From positions 1,312,001 through 1,376,000 of the forward strand of contig CAWCYI010000004.1 in the NCBI GenBank assembly GCA_963799845.1: DNA of 64,000 nucleotides, in the 5' to 3' direction. Source of the stretch: an uncultured Nitrososphaerota archaeon. GTDB taxonomy: Archaea; Thermoproteota; Nitrososphaeria; Nitrososphaerales; CADDZS01. This document shows, in pieces, positions 39,435-49,896 of this stretch; the stretch's first letter is position 1; the number at the start of each line of letters is the position of its first letter. The notes under the pieces are model-generated. The model was not told the origin of the DNA, ran no database searches, and saw only the letters and a program-made list of their open reading frames with translations. The position numbers and the translations under genes were made by a program.

Positions 39435-40535
39435 TTAGATATAATTCAAATCATCAGTCATCATCAAGGGAATCCCTAGGTTATCTTCACTGGAACCAAA
39501 GAGCCAGCTGGACATGGCTTCGTAGCTCCCGATGACTTTCTTTCCAAAAGGTCCTTCAGCCAACCATGAGCCTTTCCAGCGAAAAATTCTGGCCTTGCCA
39601 CCAAGATTTTTTTCAAACCAGGAGTGGAGTTCGGAGAAAAGATATTCCACGTTCAGCGGCCGAATCGTTCCCTGCAGCGGCTCCTCTCGAAAGTTCATTT
39701 TAAGATCATCAACATACTTCATCATTTCAACATCGGATGGAAGGACATGCAATTCCACAAACTCTGCTACATAGTGCTCCGAAATTCTTGATAAACTGGA
39801 AACCACAGCTCTGCATGATCCTGCCCACTCGATTATTCTCACGAATCTCGGTTCTGCTATCAAACTATCAATGGATGCAACGACATACCCGACAGTTTTT
39901 CCTTGATGCTTTATTTCGAAAAGCTGGCGATCAGAATACCTGCGGAGATATCCGAGCGTGCGAAGGAAGACCGCCATTTGTGAAATATTTCTTGCGTATC
40001 TGATCGGTTCATTCTCGTGAATTTCTAAAAGCTCCGTCGCATGCGATTCTCTATCTTCTGGCTTTACAAGGATTGTTTGAAAACCGTCCGATGTGACATC
40101 TCCTCTAGTACCGCGTTCGAAAATTGCAACAATCATCCTTCCGACTGAGGAACACCCGATTCTTGTGTAGATGCTCTCGTCTCCAGAAACCAGCAGCAGT
40201 GAGACCGGTTCTTGTTCCAGATCCTTGACAATTTCTCCAATGATTCTCGAAGCTAGTTTTTCACCGCGATGCTCCGGCAGTGTCCAAACATTACCCAGGG
40301 ATGCCACGTGAATTTGCAGCCCATTCAACGAGCAAACGCTCTTGCATACACCAGCCGAGCTTATCGGATTTCCCTTTTCATCCTCGATATAGTAAAGATT
40401 CTTTGAATTATCCGCCGAGTAGAAAAGCGGAAAATCATCGAGCAGTCCCGGTTCATTGCAGGGCCTGAACACCGTGTCTCCGGTCTTTGCAAGGGTTTTC
40501 GAAAGTTCGGGAGTGGCGCGTTTTACTTCGTACAA
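39435..40535 (-). CDS. GNAT-family N-acetyltransferase (Eis-like N-terminal domain)
   Basis: VASLGNVWTLPEHRGEKLAS, LLLVSG..SIYTRIG. Confidence 0.8.
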   Translation of the reverse strand: MYEVKRATPELSKTLAKTGDTVFRPCNEPGLLDDFPLFYSADNSKNLYYIEDEKGNPISSAGVCKSVCSLNGLQIHVASLGNVWTLPEHRGEKLASRIIGEIVKDLEQEPVSLLLVSGDESIYTRIGCSSVGRMIVAIFERGTRGDVTSDGFQTILVKPEDRESHATELLEIHENEPIRYARNISQMAVFLRTLGYLRRYSDRQLFEIKHQGKTVGYVVASIDSLIAEPRFVRIIEWAGSCRAVVSSLSRISEHYVAEFVELHVLPSDVEMMKYVDDLKMNFREEPLQGTIRPLNVEYLFSELHSWFEKNLGGKARIFRWKGSWLAEGPFGKKVIGSYEAMSSWLFGSSEDNLGIPLMMTDDLNYI

Positions 40536-40567
40536 TCAATCCGCCACTCCACTGGCGAACTTAACTC

Positions 40568-42616
40568 CTACATAGTAAAAGTCCACGGAGCTGCGCTGCC
40601 GATATAGTGGTCGAGGAAGTATACCTCAGGGTCGGGCCGTCCCGTTCTTCCGTCTATCCTTGACGGCTGGTTCCACACCAGTCCCTGCTCAACGATGTTG
40701 TCCCACTCTTTCTTTGCGACTTCGAGCCACTTCCTGTCTCCAATCCGGTACCTGTATCCTGCCAGCCCGAAGACAAGGCGGGGCCACGAAGAGTACGACT
40801 GAACGCTCAGCTCCCAGATCTTCCCGTTTTCGTTAACGAGGTTCGGAGTGGCGTACTTGGATGCCTGCGCGTTCACCTTGTACTGCCACTCAAAGGCGGA
40901 ATCAATCTTATCTTTGGGTGCAATTGATTCGAGCTCAAGCACGTGCATCCACCACTCGCCAGTGAGCTGAGCCATGAACACGTATCCCGTTGGATCCGGA
41001 TCACCCCGCCATGCTTCGAAGTACCTTCCGTTGTAGAGATCTAGAAATGAACTTCTAGCCTTGGTCAAGAGTGCATTGTACCACTCTTGGTCCTTCGGAT
41101 TGTTCAAGATCTTTGCCGTTTCTCTTAGGGCGGTCAGGCATGCTACGAAAACAGATCCACAATAGCTGTCCTTTCCCTTGATTGCAGTTGCATCAAACCC
41201 CGCATCCGCCTGCCCCTCCGCATCTGGAATCCCGTCACCATCCTTGTCCTGCTTCAGGTCCCACTGCAGAGTCTTCAACATCGCGGGATACATCTCTCGG
41301 AGGAACTGGACGTCCTTCGTAAACTTGTAGTACCGGAACACGAGTAAGATGAATGACGGGCCCAGGTCCTTCCATCCCGGAGGCGAGGTCGTTCCGTCGG
41401 TTGCATGATCAAACGAGTTCAGTCCCAGGTCATGGGGAATGTACCCGTCCGGTCTCGCAGCTTTTGCAAGCAACCCGAGGAAGGTTTTCTCGAGCTGGGG
41501 GAACATGATAAGATGGGGGAGGGATCCGCCCTCGTGGCAAAATCCGGCAATTGTTCCGAGCATCGGGTCATTTTTGGTGGCCTCAAAAATTGCAAACCTC
41601 CCCTTTTCATCGAGCCATGTCGCCGCGAATAGTGTGTATGTAGTGTTGATTATGGCATCCTTCAACCAGTCCGGCAGGTCATTTTTTATGAGAGTTTTGT
41701 GCCACGCGCGGGATTGATCTCTGAGCCGGTCGTAGTTGGAGAGAAAGTGGCGCGCGAACTGTTCAGATCCGGTAAACTTGTTGTGGTAGTAGTGCCCGTA
41801 GGGATACAGCACGCAGCGCCCAGTAAAGTACCATGAAAAGACGTACTTCACTTCTTGCTCCTCCCGGTCATACCTGCAGACGATCACACCGGCAGGATCG
41901 TCCCACTGCCCTAAGACTTCATGAGGATCGTCGGTGGGGAGCGTTCCTCCCTTTGCAATTGACAGCCAGGGTTCCTCATTTTCAAATATGTACTTCCACA
42001 CTCTCTGGGAGATCGCGACACCCGGCGGCACGTTGAGGTTGTACTGCACGATTTTCTGAGACGGATTCTCCGCGATGAGGCACAGGTCTCCTTTCGCGCC
42101 GTCGTAATCGTTACACTGCCGGTTTACAAACGCGATACCACCCTCGACTGATTCATTCACCCTTCCGATCAGGTTCGTCCCGGTAATGTTTGAGACCGAG
42201 ACTGCGATCCTGCCGCTCTTGCTTCCCTTGACCCGCACGGATATTCCGAGAGCCGGCATCGAAGACTCGTCCAGGTTCCCCGGAATGAGTGACGAGAAGA
42301 CCTCCATCGTCGCTTCGATAGTTCCCTTCTTGGCTTTTAGAGTCGCAAACGGAAATTCTCCCCTGTACGACAGTTCGTCCGGTTCGTAATCGGAGAAGTT
42401 TTTCATTGGAAGAAATTTTTCAATGAAGAATGGCGCTCCGTCATCCGGAACCACAAACACGTGAAAAGCACGCATCTTCGGAGTCGGGCTCCCCCAGTTG
42501 TGTAAAATCGTAAGATTGGACATCTTGCCTTCGTTATCGATCTCTACCTTACCGGTTCCGATTCCGCCAAAGGGAACGCCGCCCTCTAGATTTGCGTTGG
42601 GTCCATATTCTACCAT
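40568..42616 (-). CDS. GH116 family glycoside hydrolase, paralog 2
   Basis: GVPFGGIGTGK, PHDLG, WKDL, DKDGDGIPD..GFD; collinear with 32508-34553. Confidence 0.88.
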   Translation of the reverse strand: MVEYGPNANLEGGVPFGGIGTGKVEIDNEGKMSNLTILHNWGSPTPKMRAFHVFVVPDDGAPFFIEKFLPMKNFSDYEPDELSYRGEFPFATLKAKKGTIEATMEVFSSLIPGNLDESSMPALGISVRVKGSKSGRIAVSVSNITGTNLIGRVNESVEGGIAFVNRQCNDYDGAKGDLCLIAENPSQKIVQYNLNVPPGVAISQRVWKYIFENEEPWLSIAKGGTLPTDDPHEVLGQWDDPAGVIVCRYDREEQEVKYVFSWYFTGRCVLYPYGHYYHNKFTGSEQFARHFLSNYDRLRDQSRAWHKTLIKNDLPDWLKDAIINTTYTLFAATWLDEKGRFAIFEATKNDPMLGTIAGFCHEGGSLPHLIMFPQLEKTFLGLLAKAARPDGYIPHDLGLNSFDHATDGTTSPPGWKDLGPSFILLVFRYYKFTKDVQFLREMYPAMLKTLQWDLKQDKDGDGIPDAEGQADAGFDATAIKGKDSYCGSVFVACLTALRETAKILNNPKDQEWYNALLTKARSSFLDLYNGRYFEAWRGDPDPTGYVFMAQLTGEWWMHVLELESIAPKDKIDSAFEWQYKVNAQASKYATPNLVNENGKIWELSVQSYSSWPRLVFGLAGYRYRIGDRKWLEVAKKEWDNIVEQGLVWNQPSRIDGRTGRPDPEVYFLDHYIGSAAPWTFTM

Positions 42617-42724
42617 GGAAATTCGGAATTTTGTCCAGAATTAAAACCATTTAGTAGAAGGTAGGATCTCGAGCTAGCCTTCCTCTAAACCAATATATCT
42701 CATCCTTCTGGGAAGGCTCACAAA

Positions 42725-43870
42725 TTGAAGATCAAGGACATTTCCGTTCATCTCGTGAACGCGGTCTGGAGAAATTTCATCATTGTGAAAGTGACCTCCG
42801 ATGACGGAATCATCGGTTATGGCGAGGGGACGCTTGCAGATTTTGAGAGAACCATCGAGGCGGCGGTCTACGATTACAAACCGTTCCTGATCGGGAAGGA
42901 AATCAACATCCCGGAGATTACCCAGTTCCTTTTCAGGCACTTTTACTGGCGCGGCGGACCAATGCTGATGAGCGCGATAAGCGCAATCGAGCAGGCGCTC
43001 TGGGATATTCTCGGCAAATCCGTAAACCGGCCAGTATATTCTCTTCTAGGGGGGAAAGCAAACAACAGAATTAGGGCATACGCGAACGGCTTTATCTCGG
43101 GCAGCGCGACTCCCGAGGAATTTGGATCGGCCGCCGCAAAAGTAGTGAAGGAAGGCTACAACGCCGTGAAGTTTGACCCCTTTGGCGCCGCAGGCCCCAG
43201 GATAACCAAGGAAGAAATGATAACCGCGATCTCGCGGATCGAGGCGATCAGAAATGCCGTCGGCGAAAACCCGGACATCCTGATCGAGGCGCACGGCCGC
43301 TTTGATTCTACTACCGCGATCAGCATCGCCGCCGAATTGAAACGATTCTCGCCGCTCTGGTTTGAGGAGCCGGTGCCGGAGGACGACATCACCTCCATGG
43401 CCGAAGTAAAGGCAAAGTCACCAGTTCCAATTGCAACCGGCGAAAGGATCGTCACGAAATACAGGTTCCAGGAGCTTCTTGCGGCGAGAGCGGCTGACAT
43501 CATCCAGCCTGACGTGTGTCACATGGGCGGTATCCGTGCCATAGAAGAGGTTGCTTCGATGGCGGAGGTCAACTACATCCCGGTTGCCCCGCACAACCCC
43601 AATGGCCCGGTAGCGACCGCCGCAACGCTCAACGCCCTAATTGCCATGCCGAACGCGCTGATAATCGAGTACTGGGTGGATGCGCAGAAGGTCAGGCGCG
43701 ATCTGATAAAGGAGTACTTCGACGTGCGGGACGGCTACATTTATCCTTCGAGCAAGCCAGGCCTGGGGATTGGGGTCAACGAATCCGCGCTTGATAGGTA
43801 CCCATACAAGAAGCTGCATCTAGAATATTTCGGGAACGATTACAAGTACCACGACACTCGGAGCAAGTGA
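42725..43870 (+). CDS. Galactonate dehydratase (DgoD)-like enolase-superfamily enzyme
   Basis: [50 protein letters not shown]. Confidence 0.85.
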   Translation: MKIKDISVHLVNAVWRNFIIVKVTSDDGIIGYGEGTLADFERTIEAAVYDYKPFLIGKEINIPEITQFLFRHFYWRGGPMLMSAISAIEQALWDILGKSVNRPVYSLLGGKANNRIRAYANGFISGSATPEEFGSAAAKVVKEGYNAVKFDPFGAAGPRITKEEMITAISRIEAIRNAVGENPDILIEAHGRFDSTTAISIAAELKRFSPLWFEEPVPEDDITSMAEVKAKSPVPIATGERIVTKYRFQELLAARAADIIQPDVCHMGGIRAIEEVASMAEVNYIPVAPHNPNGPVATAATLNALIAMPNALIIEYWVDAQKVRRDLIKEYFDVRDGYIYPSSKPGLGIGVNESALDRYPYKKLHLEYFGNDYKYHDTRSK

Positions 43871-44187
43871 ACTTTGGAAAATTAGGGCATTCCGGGCGTC
43901 GTTCCGCTTCTATATTCTTTTGGAGTCTTTAATTACAAGTTCTCATTGATTCATTAAGAAAAAAATTTTTCTGCGTTTCACACACGCGAGCACTTTTTGG
44001 CCGAAGAGATACGTTCGAGCTCTGTTCAATGCGTTCAGCTCGTTTCAAGATCTGTAAGCTCAGAAGAGCTCGTTTCAAGCTATTACACAGAGAGGGCCCC
44101 CTAGGGAAGCTCCGCATCCGCGCGTTTAGAGCTGGACGGAGCTTAGAAAGCTCGAAACGTTGGGTCTAAGTTGAAAAACGGGATAAA

Positions 44188-45003
44188 TCAGATCGTTTGC
44201 AGCTGGATTTCCTGCGGATCAGCCTTTCTGCTGATCAGCCGCCCGCCATCAACCACAATCGTGTTGCCCGTCATGAACGAGTTGTTGTCGCTCGCAAGGA
44301 ACGCGAGCAGCTTCGCCATCTCCGACGGCCTGCCCATCCGGCCGAGGACCGACGCGGCCCTCGAATCGAGACCCTCCGGCATCGGTTCGTCCTTGATGTA
44401 AAAGGGGCCGGGCAAAACCGCAATCGCCTGGATCCCGTAGCGGCCCAGATCCACCGCCATGCTCCGCACCATCGAGATCAAACCGCCTTTGCACGTGGCG
44501 TATGCGATAGACCGTTCGAGCGGAGACTTTGCCTGTATTGCGCTGATGATTATTATCTTCCCCTTCTTCTTCTCCGCAATCATCCGTCCCGCGGCCCATC
44601 TCGACAGCAGGAACGGCGCGGTGAGGAGCAGGCTGAGCATCCTGTCCCACTCTTCAAGCTCGACGTTCAGGATGTCGTACCGGGAATTTCTCGCCGCGTT
44701 GCTGATCAAAACGTCAACCGAGCCAAAATTTTTGTCGAGCCAGTTCACCAGATCAATCACGTCCTTCCGGTCTTCGAGATCCGCCCTGTGGAAAGTGATC
44801 CCCTTGGAGTTTGACTGGATTCGCAGGCCCCTCTCTTCATCCCTGCCCGTGATGAGAACTCGAGTCCCCAATTTTGCAAAAAGTTTCGCCGTAGCTTCAC
44901 CCAGTCCTCTGGTACCGCCGGTAATTACACAGGTCTTGTTTTCTAGGTTGTCAAAGATTCTCTCGTCGGTCAAACTGTTGTTCACGATAATTTTTGCATT
45001 CAC
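44188..45003 (-). CDS. Short-chain dehydrogenase/reductase
   Basis: [18 protein letters not shown]. Confidence 0.88.
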   Translation of the reverse strand: MNAKIIVNNSLTDERIFDNLENKTCVITGGTRGLGEATAKLFAKLGTRVLITGRDEERGLRIQSNSKGITFHRADLEDRKDVIDLVNWLDKNFGSVDVLISNAARNSRYDILNVELEEWDRMLSLLLTAPFLLSRWAAGRMIAEKKKGKIIIISAIQAKSPLERSIAYATCKGGLISMVRSMAVDLGRYGIQAIAVLPGPFYIKDEPMPEGLDSRAASVLGRMGRPSEMAKLLAFLASDNNSFMTGNTIVVDGGRLISRKADPQEIQLQTI

Positions 45004-45047
45004 AGCCTTGATATATAAGAATCAAAAATGTTCGCAGATTATCCGCT

Positions 45048-46289
45048 TTGAATAAGATCGATTCTGGAATCTTCGTGCATCCGTGGGATATAGTGCATGA
45101 GGGCGCGGAGCAGGTTCTGGAAACCATCTCCGATCTCGGAGTGTCAAGGATCAACCTCGCAACTTCCTACCACGCGGGGCGGTACATTCTACCGCGTGAT
45201 CCGGAGCAGAGAGTGTTCCACGCCGAGGAGGGCGTCGTCTATTTCAAGCCGGATATGGGCTACTTTGTACAATCTGTCCTGAAGCCGATCCGCTCGTCCA
45301 AGTTCGCTGATATCGATGTTGTCGAAATGGTGACTAGAGAATCGAAGAACTACAACCTCGGTGTCAACAGCTGGACCGTGACTTTACACAACTCCAATTT
45401 TGCAAAGAGCCACCCCGAGCTTGCGGTGGTGGACGCATTCGGCGACGTTGACCAGAATTTCATCTGCCCCAGCCACGAAGAGACGATTGAGTACGTGAAG
45501 GGGCTAGTGCAAAATCTCGCCGGGCAGTACGATCTGAATGCGATCCAGCTCGAGTCGATCGGGTACCCCTGGTCTCTGAAGCACAACGATCAGCATGAGA
45601 TATTCGGATCCCGACTGGAGCCCCTCGTTTCCGAATTGATCACCACGTGCTTTTGCGACAGCTGCACCGAGCTGATGGCAAAGTCAAACTTGGAACCGCA
45701 AGAAATGAGAAAGCTCGCCGTAAAGATTGTTGATACAAGCTTGGGGATGCCCTCGAACGTGATGCAGTCCGTTCCACCTGAGGAAATAATGCGGAACGCC
45801 TACGTCTTGTCTTCCGACATCGACCTCCTGCACGACCTCCTGGAATTCAAACACCAGTGCACGAACGAGACTCTTCAGCAGGTCAGAAACGCTCTAAAAG
45901 ATATCCGGAGCCGGAAGACGCAACTTCGTCTTTTGGCCCAGGGAGGATCGTCGATGGAGTTCTCGGTCGGAAGGGGTTGCGAGGGGATAAACTTGGGCAG
46001 CGCGAGCAAGATTCTGGACGGAATTGATCTCGTGACCTACGTCAAGGAGCCGGAGAACGTCTACTATCAAGTCCTCTGGACAAAGTTCGAGATCCAAGAG
46101 GCCTGCTCGCTGCATGCGTCACTCCGGATCAATTTTCCAATCACGACGAGCAGGGGAGCGCTTGAAGCGCAGATGAATGCTGCACTCGAAGCGGGCGCGA
46201 CTGGACTGGAGTTTTACAACTACGGCTGGACCAACATGAAGGGGCTGGAGTGGTTGAAGAAAAGTTTGAGCAACGTAGAAAATTTCTAG
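45048..46289 (+). CDS. Uncharacterised TIM-barrel (glycoside hydrolase-like) protein
   Basis: FVHPWD, LATSYHAGR, WTVTLHN, ICPS, IQLES, CFCDSC, FYNYG. Confidence 0.6.
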   Translation: MNKIDSGIFVHPWDIVHEGAEQVLETISDLGVSRINLATSYHAGRYILPRDPEQRVFHAEEGVVYFKPDMGYFVQSVLKPIRSSKFADIDVVEMVTRESKNYNLGVNSWTVTLHNSNFAKSHPELAVVDAFGDVDQNFICPSHEETIEYVKGLVQNLAGQYDLNAIQLESIGYPWSLKHNDQHEIFGSRLEPLVSELITTCFCDSCTELMAKSNLEPQEMRKLAVKIVDTSLGMPSNVMQSVPPEEIMRNAYVLSSDIDLLHDLLEFKHQCTNETLQQVRNALKDIRSRKTQLRLLAQGGSSMEFSVGRGCEGINLGSASKILDGIDLVTYVKEPENVYYQVLWTKFEIQEACSLHASLRINFPITTSRGALEAQMNAALEAGATGLEFYNYGWTNMKGLEWLKKSLSNVENF

Positions 46290-47437
46290 CGAACGATTGA
46301 CCCGCCCTTCACGACGTGAACCGGCGCGATTATTTCGCCAGCTTTTTCGCTCTTCCCGTAAGAGTCAGTGAGCACCTTGGTCTTGTGCTGCAGCTTGAAT
46401 GCCACGACGTCAGTCTGAGTACCAATCTTGAGAGTTCCAAATTCTCCTATTTTCCCTAGGACAGAAGTAGGCTTCGAAGTCACCGCCTCGACCACCCTCT
46501 CAAGGCTCATGCCGAGGTGCAGGAATTTGGACATCGTCGTCGGAAGATCGTAGACCGGGCCGTTGACGTTCCCGACCCACAGATCGGTGCTGATCGTATC
46601 CGGCTCGAGACCTTCCTTCAGGGCAAGCCGAGCGACATCCCAGGAGAAGCTTCCCTTTCCGTGACCGACGTCGAGGACGACGCCCCGCTTTGCGGCCGAG
46701 AAAACTTCCGGATGGATCGTCTTGCAATCTTCGGTAATCCCGTCGTGCCTCTTGGTGATGCGATGGAGCGCGTAATGAAAGATGTGTGTTGCAATGTCAC
46801 CCTTTTTCAGATACTTGAGTGAGGTGGGAACGTGGCGGCTTTCGGCCATCACTTTGCATCCAAGCTCATCAGCAGTTTTTCTTGCAAGCTCCAGGAGATC
46901 CAGGCCGTGGTGAGCCCACTTTATTCCCAGAATGATCTGTTTGTTTTTTCGTATCGTTTTCTTGGTGTTTTCCAGATTCACGAACATCGGGGCCTGCGGC
47001 GAGTTCAGGAGCTGGGCCCACTCCTGGTCAGTATTTCCAGATGGAGAATCGATGAATTCAATCATCCCGAGCGACTCGATGTTGAGAAATGCAAGAATAC
47101 GGATGTTGCTTTTCTTGATTACGAAATCTCTGAAGGGTATAAAGTTCAGCTCGCCGCTTGAACCGGCATCCACTACCGTAGTAGTACCCTGCATCAGGCA
47201 GTTTTCTTCCGGGTCAATACTCAGACGGAGAACGTCGCGCGCCACGTGAGCGTGAATGTCGACAAAGCCCGGAGTCACGATCAGTCCTGAGGCGTCGATG
47301 ACTTTCAGGGCGTTCCCCGCGGAGATTCTATCTTCGATTTCTTCGATCTTTCCATTTGAGACGGCGATGTCTTTTTTCTCATGAATTCCTTGGAACGGGT
47401 CGAGAAGCGTTCCACCCCTGATGACGAGATCGTACAC
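46286..47437 (-). CDS. Amidohydrolase/deacetylase (dihydroorotase-like) metallohydrolase
   Basis: PGFVDIHAH, GTTTVVDAGS, DVGHGKGSF, PDTISTD, MSKFLHLG. Confidence 0.85.
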   Translation of the reverse strand: MYDLVIRGGTLLDPFQGIHEKKDIAVSNGKIEEIEDRISAGNALKVIDASGLIVTPGFVDIHAHVARDVLRLSIDPEENCLMQGTTTVVDAGSSGELNFIPFRDFVIKKSNIRILAFLNIESLGMIEFIDSPSGNTDQEWAQLLNSPQAPMFVNLENTKKTIRKNKQIILGIKWAHHGLDLLELARKTADELGCKVMAESRHVPTSLKYLKKGDIATHIFHYALHRITKRHDGITEDCKTIHPEVFSAAKRGVVLDVGHGKGSFSWDVARLALKEGLEPDTISTDLWVGNVNGPVYDLPTTMSKFLHLGMSLERVVEAVTSKPTSVLGKIGEFGTLKIGTQTDVVAFKLQHKTKVLTDSYGKSEKAGEIIAPVHVVKGGSIVR

Positions 47438-47521
47438 AATCGAACATTGGTTTTGCGGTAGGATTAAAATTGATCTTCTACGCGAAAGAATCTTGGATCA
47501 CAATCAGGTGTATCAGAAAAA

Positions 47522-48148
47522 ATGAAGCTCGCAGTTCTCGGCGCGACCGGTCTGACCGGCATGGAAATAATCAAGCAGTCCCTCGCTGGCGGGCATGAGA
47601 TCACGGCGGTCGCGCGAAATCCAACAAGGTTAGGAGAATTTCAGTCTAAACTAAGAGTGGTTCAGGGAGACGTTACTGACCCGAAGACCGTTGACGATGC
47701 AGTAGCTGGCACTGAGGCCGTCCTATCGGCGTTGGGACACGCAAAAGGTTCTCCCCCAGACCTCCTTTCAAAGTCGGCTTCAAACATTGTGACATCGATG
47801 CGCGCTCATGGAATAAAACGATTTGTAGGCTTGACGAACATCGCTGTTAAGGACGCGGGAGACAGTCCAAGACTGTACCATCGGTTTCTCCGGTTCTTGC
47901 TTAATCTAACTATGAGCGGGATGTGCAAGGACACGGCTGCTGAGGCAAGAATCATTTCTGAAAGCAGGCTTGAATGGACAATTGTCAGGGCAGTAATCTT
48001 GACTGACGGACCGGCGTCGGGAAAGTATCGAATAGGCATGCTCGATCATGGCGCTGGCACAAGAATTTCGCGCGCGGATGTTGCCAACTTTATGATTGCT
48101 TGTGCTGTCGGGTCACAGTACTTTAGAGCAAAACCGCTTATCAGTTAG
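47522..48148 (+). CDS. NAD(P)H-binding flavin reductase/BVR-B-like oxidoreductase
   Basis: GATGLTG, WTIVR, ISRADVA. Confidence 0.85.
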   Translation: MKLAVLGATGLTGMEIIKQSLAGGHEITAVARNPTRLGEFQSKLRVVQGDVTDPKTVDDAVAGTEAVLSALGHAKGSPPDLLSKSASNIVTSMRAHGIKRFVGLTNIAVKDAGDSPRLYHRFLRFLLNLTMSGMCKDTAAEARIISESRLEWTIVRAVILTDGPASGKYRIGMLDHGAGTRISRADVANFMIACAVGSQYFRAKPLIS

Positions 48149-48207
48149 CGAACTGACGAAATACAGACCCTGCACTCGGCGTTCCCGCAGGGGACCAGCG
48201 GAGCAAT

Positions 48208-48435
48208 ATGCATATACCCATTCAGCTTCATACGTTGACTGGATTGTCTTCACCGCCAGACTCTACCCGATTGTTTCACTTTGCAGAATGCACGAACTGC
48301 CACCATCTCCTTCCGCTTTCTACTACAACTGAAAAGTACTTTGTAATTCTCGCCAAAGACCCTAGGAAGCCCACTGCGCTTGGGGAAAAATGCATGAGAT
48401 GCGGAGCTGACAGCTGGGTTCTCGCCAGAGACTAG
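48208..48435 (+). CDS. Small putative zinc-binding protein
   Basis: CTNC...CMRC. Confidence 0.45.
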   Translation: MHIPIQLHTLTGLSSPPDSTRLFHFAECTNCHHLLPLSTTTEKYFVILAKDPRKPTALGEKCMRCGADSWVLARD

Positions 48436-48519
48436 TTTTCGTGGACTCACGATAATTGGGAAGGCCTTCCCATCAGGAAAATTGTTCTCACCCGGGAACG
48501 GAGAATTCTTGAGAACGCG

Positions 48520-49456
48520 CATGGCTCTAGATCCAATTTTCATTTTTACAGACCCCGGGATAGATGATGCGCTCGCCATTGCGATGGCCACGAGTAGGAC
48601 GCTTGACCTTCGCATTATTGGTGCCTGTGGTGTGGATGGAAACGTACGAGCGAAACTCGCCGCTGCAAACTTGGCACGGCTATTCAAATTATTTGGCGCA
48701 AGTGATATTCCAGTTTTTCAGAGCAACATCGACGATCCGAAGCACGCTTATCCTTTTTCGGTTCACGGAAAAAATGGTCTGGGGAATGTAAAACTCGCGA
48801 AATCCTCATCACGCATCCGATTAAACTGCGTCGGTGATTTCTTGAAGACGAAGGGGCGGTTTCGAGTTTTGTCTCTGGGGCCACTGACCGCTGTAACCGA
48901 GTTAATCTCAAAGTCACCCGAGGTCACAAAACAGATTTCGGAGTGCGTGATAATGGGCGGGGGAATTGCGGGGGGTAACGTTACTCCGCATGCAGAGTTC
49001 AACATCTACAGCAACCCGAAAGCCGCAAACAGCATCTTTCAATCAAGTATCCCCAAAGTTCTAGTTCCCCTAGATATCACGGAAAAAGTATGTTTGTATT
49101 CTGAAGATTTGGAATTGTTGAAGAGATCCACGCGACAAGCCACGAGAAAGGTTGCACGGATGCTCGAATTTTACTTTGAGTTCCAGCGGAAGAAAAATGG
49201 ATTCTTCGGGGGATACATGCACGACCCCACGGCGCTGGTTGCGATGCTCAGACCAGAACTCTTCCGCTTCCGCCCGGCAGAGGTCCACGTTGATACGACC
49301 AAAAGAAAAACTCGTGGGAGAACGGTGGTAGAGTTCTCAAACGCCAAGCGCGCTAGCACAAAAGTTGCGATGAGCGTTAACGAAGATTCGGCGAGAGCAG
49401 TAATCATGAACGCCCTCACTAGGACTGTGATAGACGATTGCAAAGGGTTGATATGA
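48520..49456 (+). CDS. Inosine/uridine-preferring nucleoside hydrolase family
   Basis: TDPGIDDA, HGKNGLG, LGPLT, AEFNI, PLDIT, MHDP. Confidence 0.9.
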
Positions 49457-49478
49457 AAGTCCAAAAACGGAGACTATC

Positions 49479-49890
49479 ATGGCAGATCTATTTGAATTGA
49501 GCCGACGGTTTATCGATGCGGGCTTGAAGAAAGCAACGGAGCTGGGAGTGAAAGTTTCAATTGTAGTGGTCGATGTTCACGGAGACCTCATCATCCTTGA
49601 ACGGATGCGCGGAGCGGTTTCACTATCTCCAAAGATTGCGATGGGCAAAGCCTCGGCCTCGGCAATTTTCATGAGACCGACGGCTGAATTCGAGCAAAGG
49701 ATCCAGCAAAATTCGGCGTTCTGGGCTGGCGTTTCGTCGATGACGTCGGGTATCTCTCCTGTTCGGCAGGGGTGCCGTGCCGTTGAAGAAAGACGGGGAA
49801 TTTGTTGGAGCGATCGGAGTTAGTGGTGCGACTTCGGAACAAGATGAAATGATCGCGCATTTTGCGGCCGCCGAACTAGAAAAAGAGTAA
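49479..49890 (+). CDS. GlcG/HbpS heme-binding family protein, frameshift near 49756
   Basis: VSIVVVD.HG, IAMGKA; second frame GAVPL...VGAIGVSGATSEQD. Confidence 0.8.
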
Positions 49891-49896
49891 TGGGTT

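Noticed and set aside
48520-48570. Nucleoside hydrolase motif FTDPGIDD lacks the first Asp
   Set aside because: The three functionally key Asp residues of the motif are retained; probably ordinary variation.
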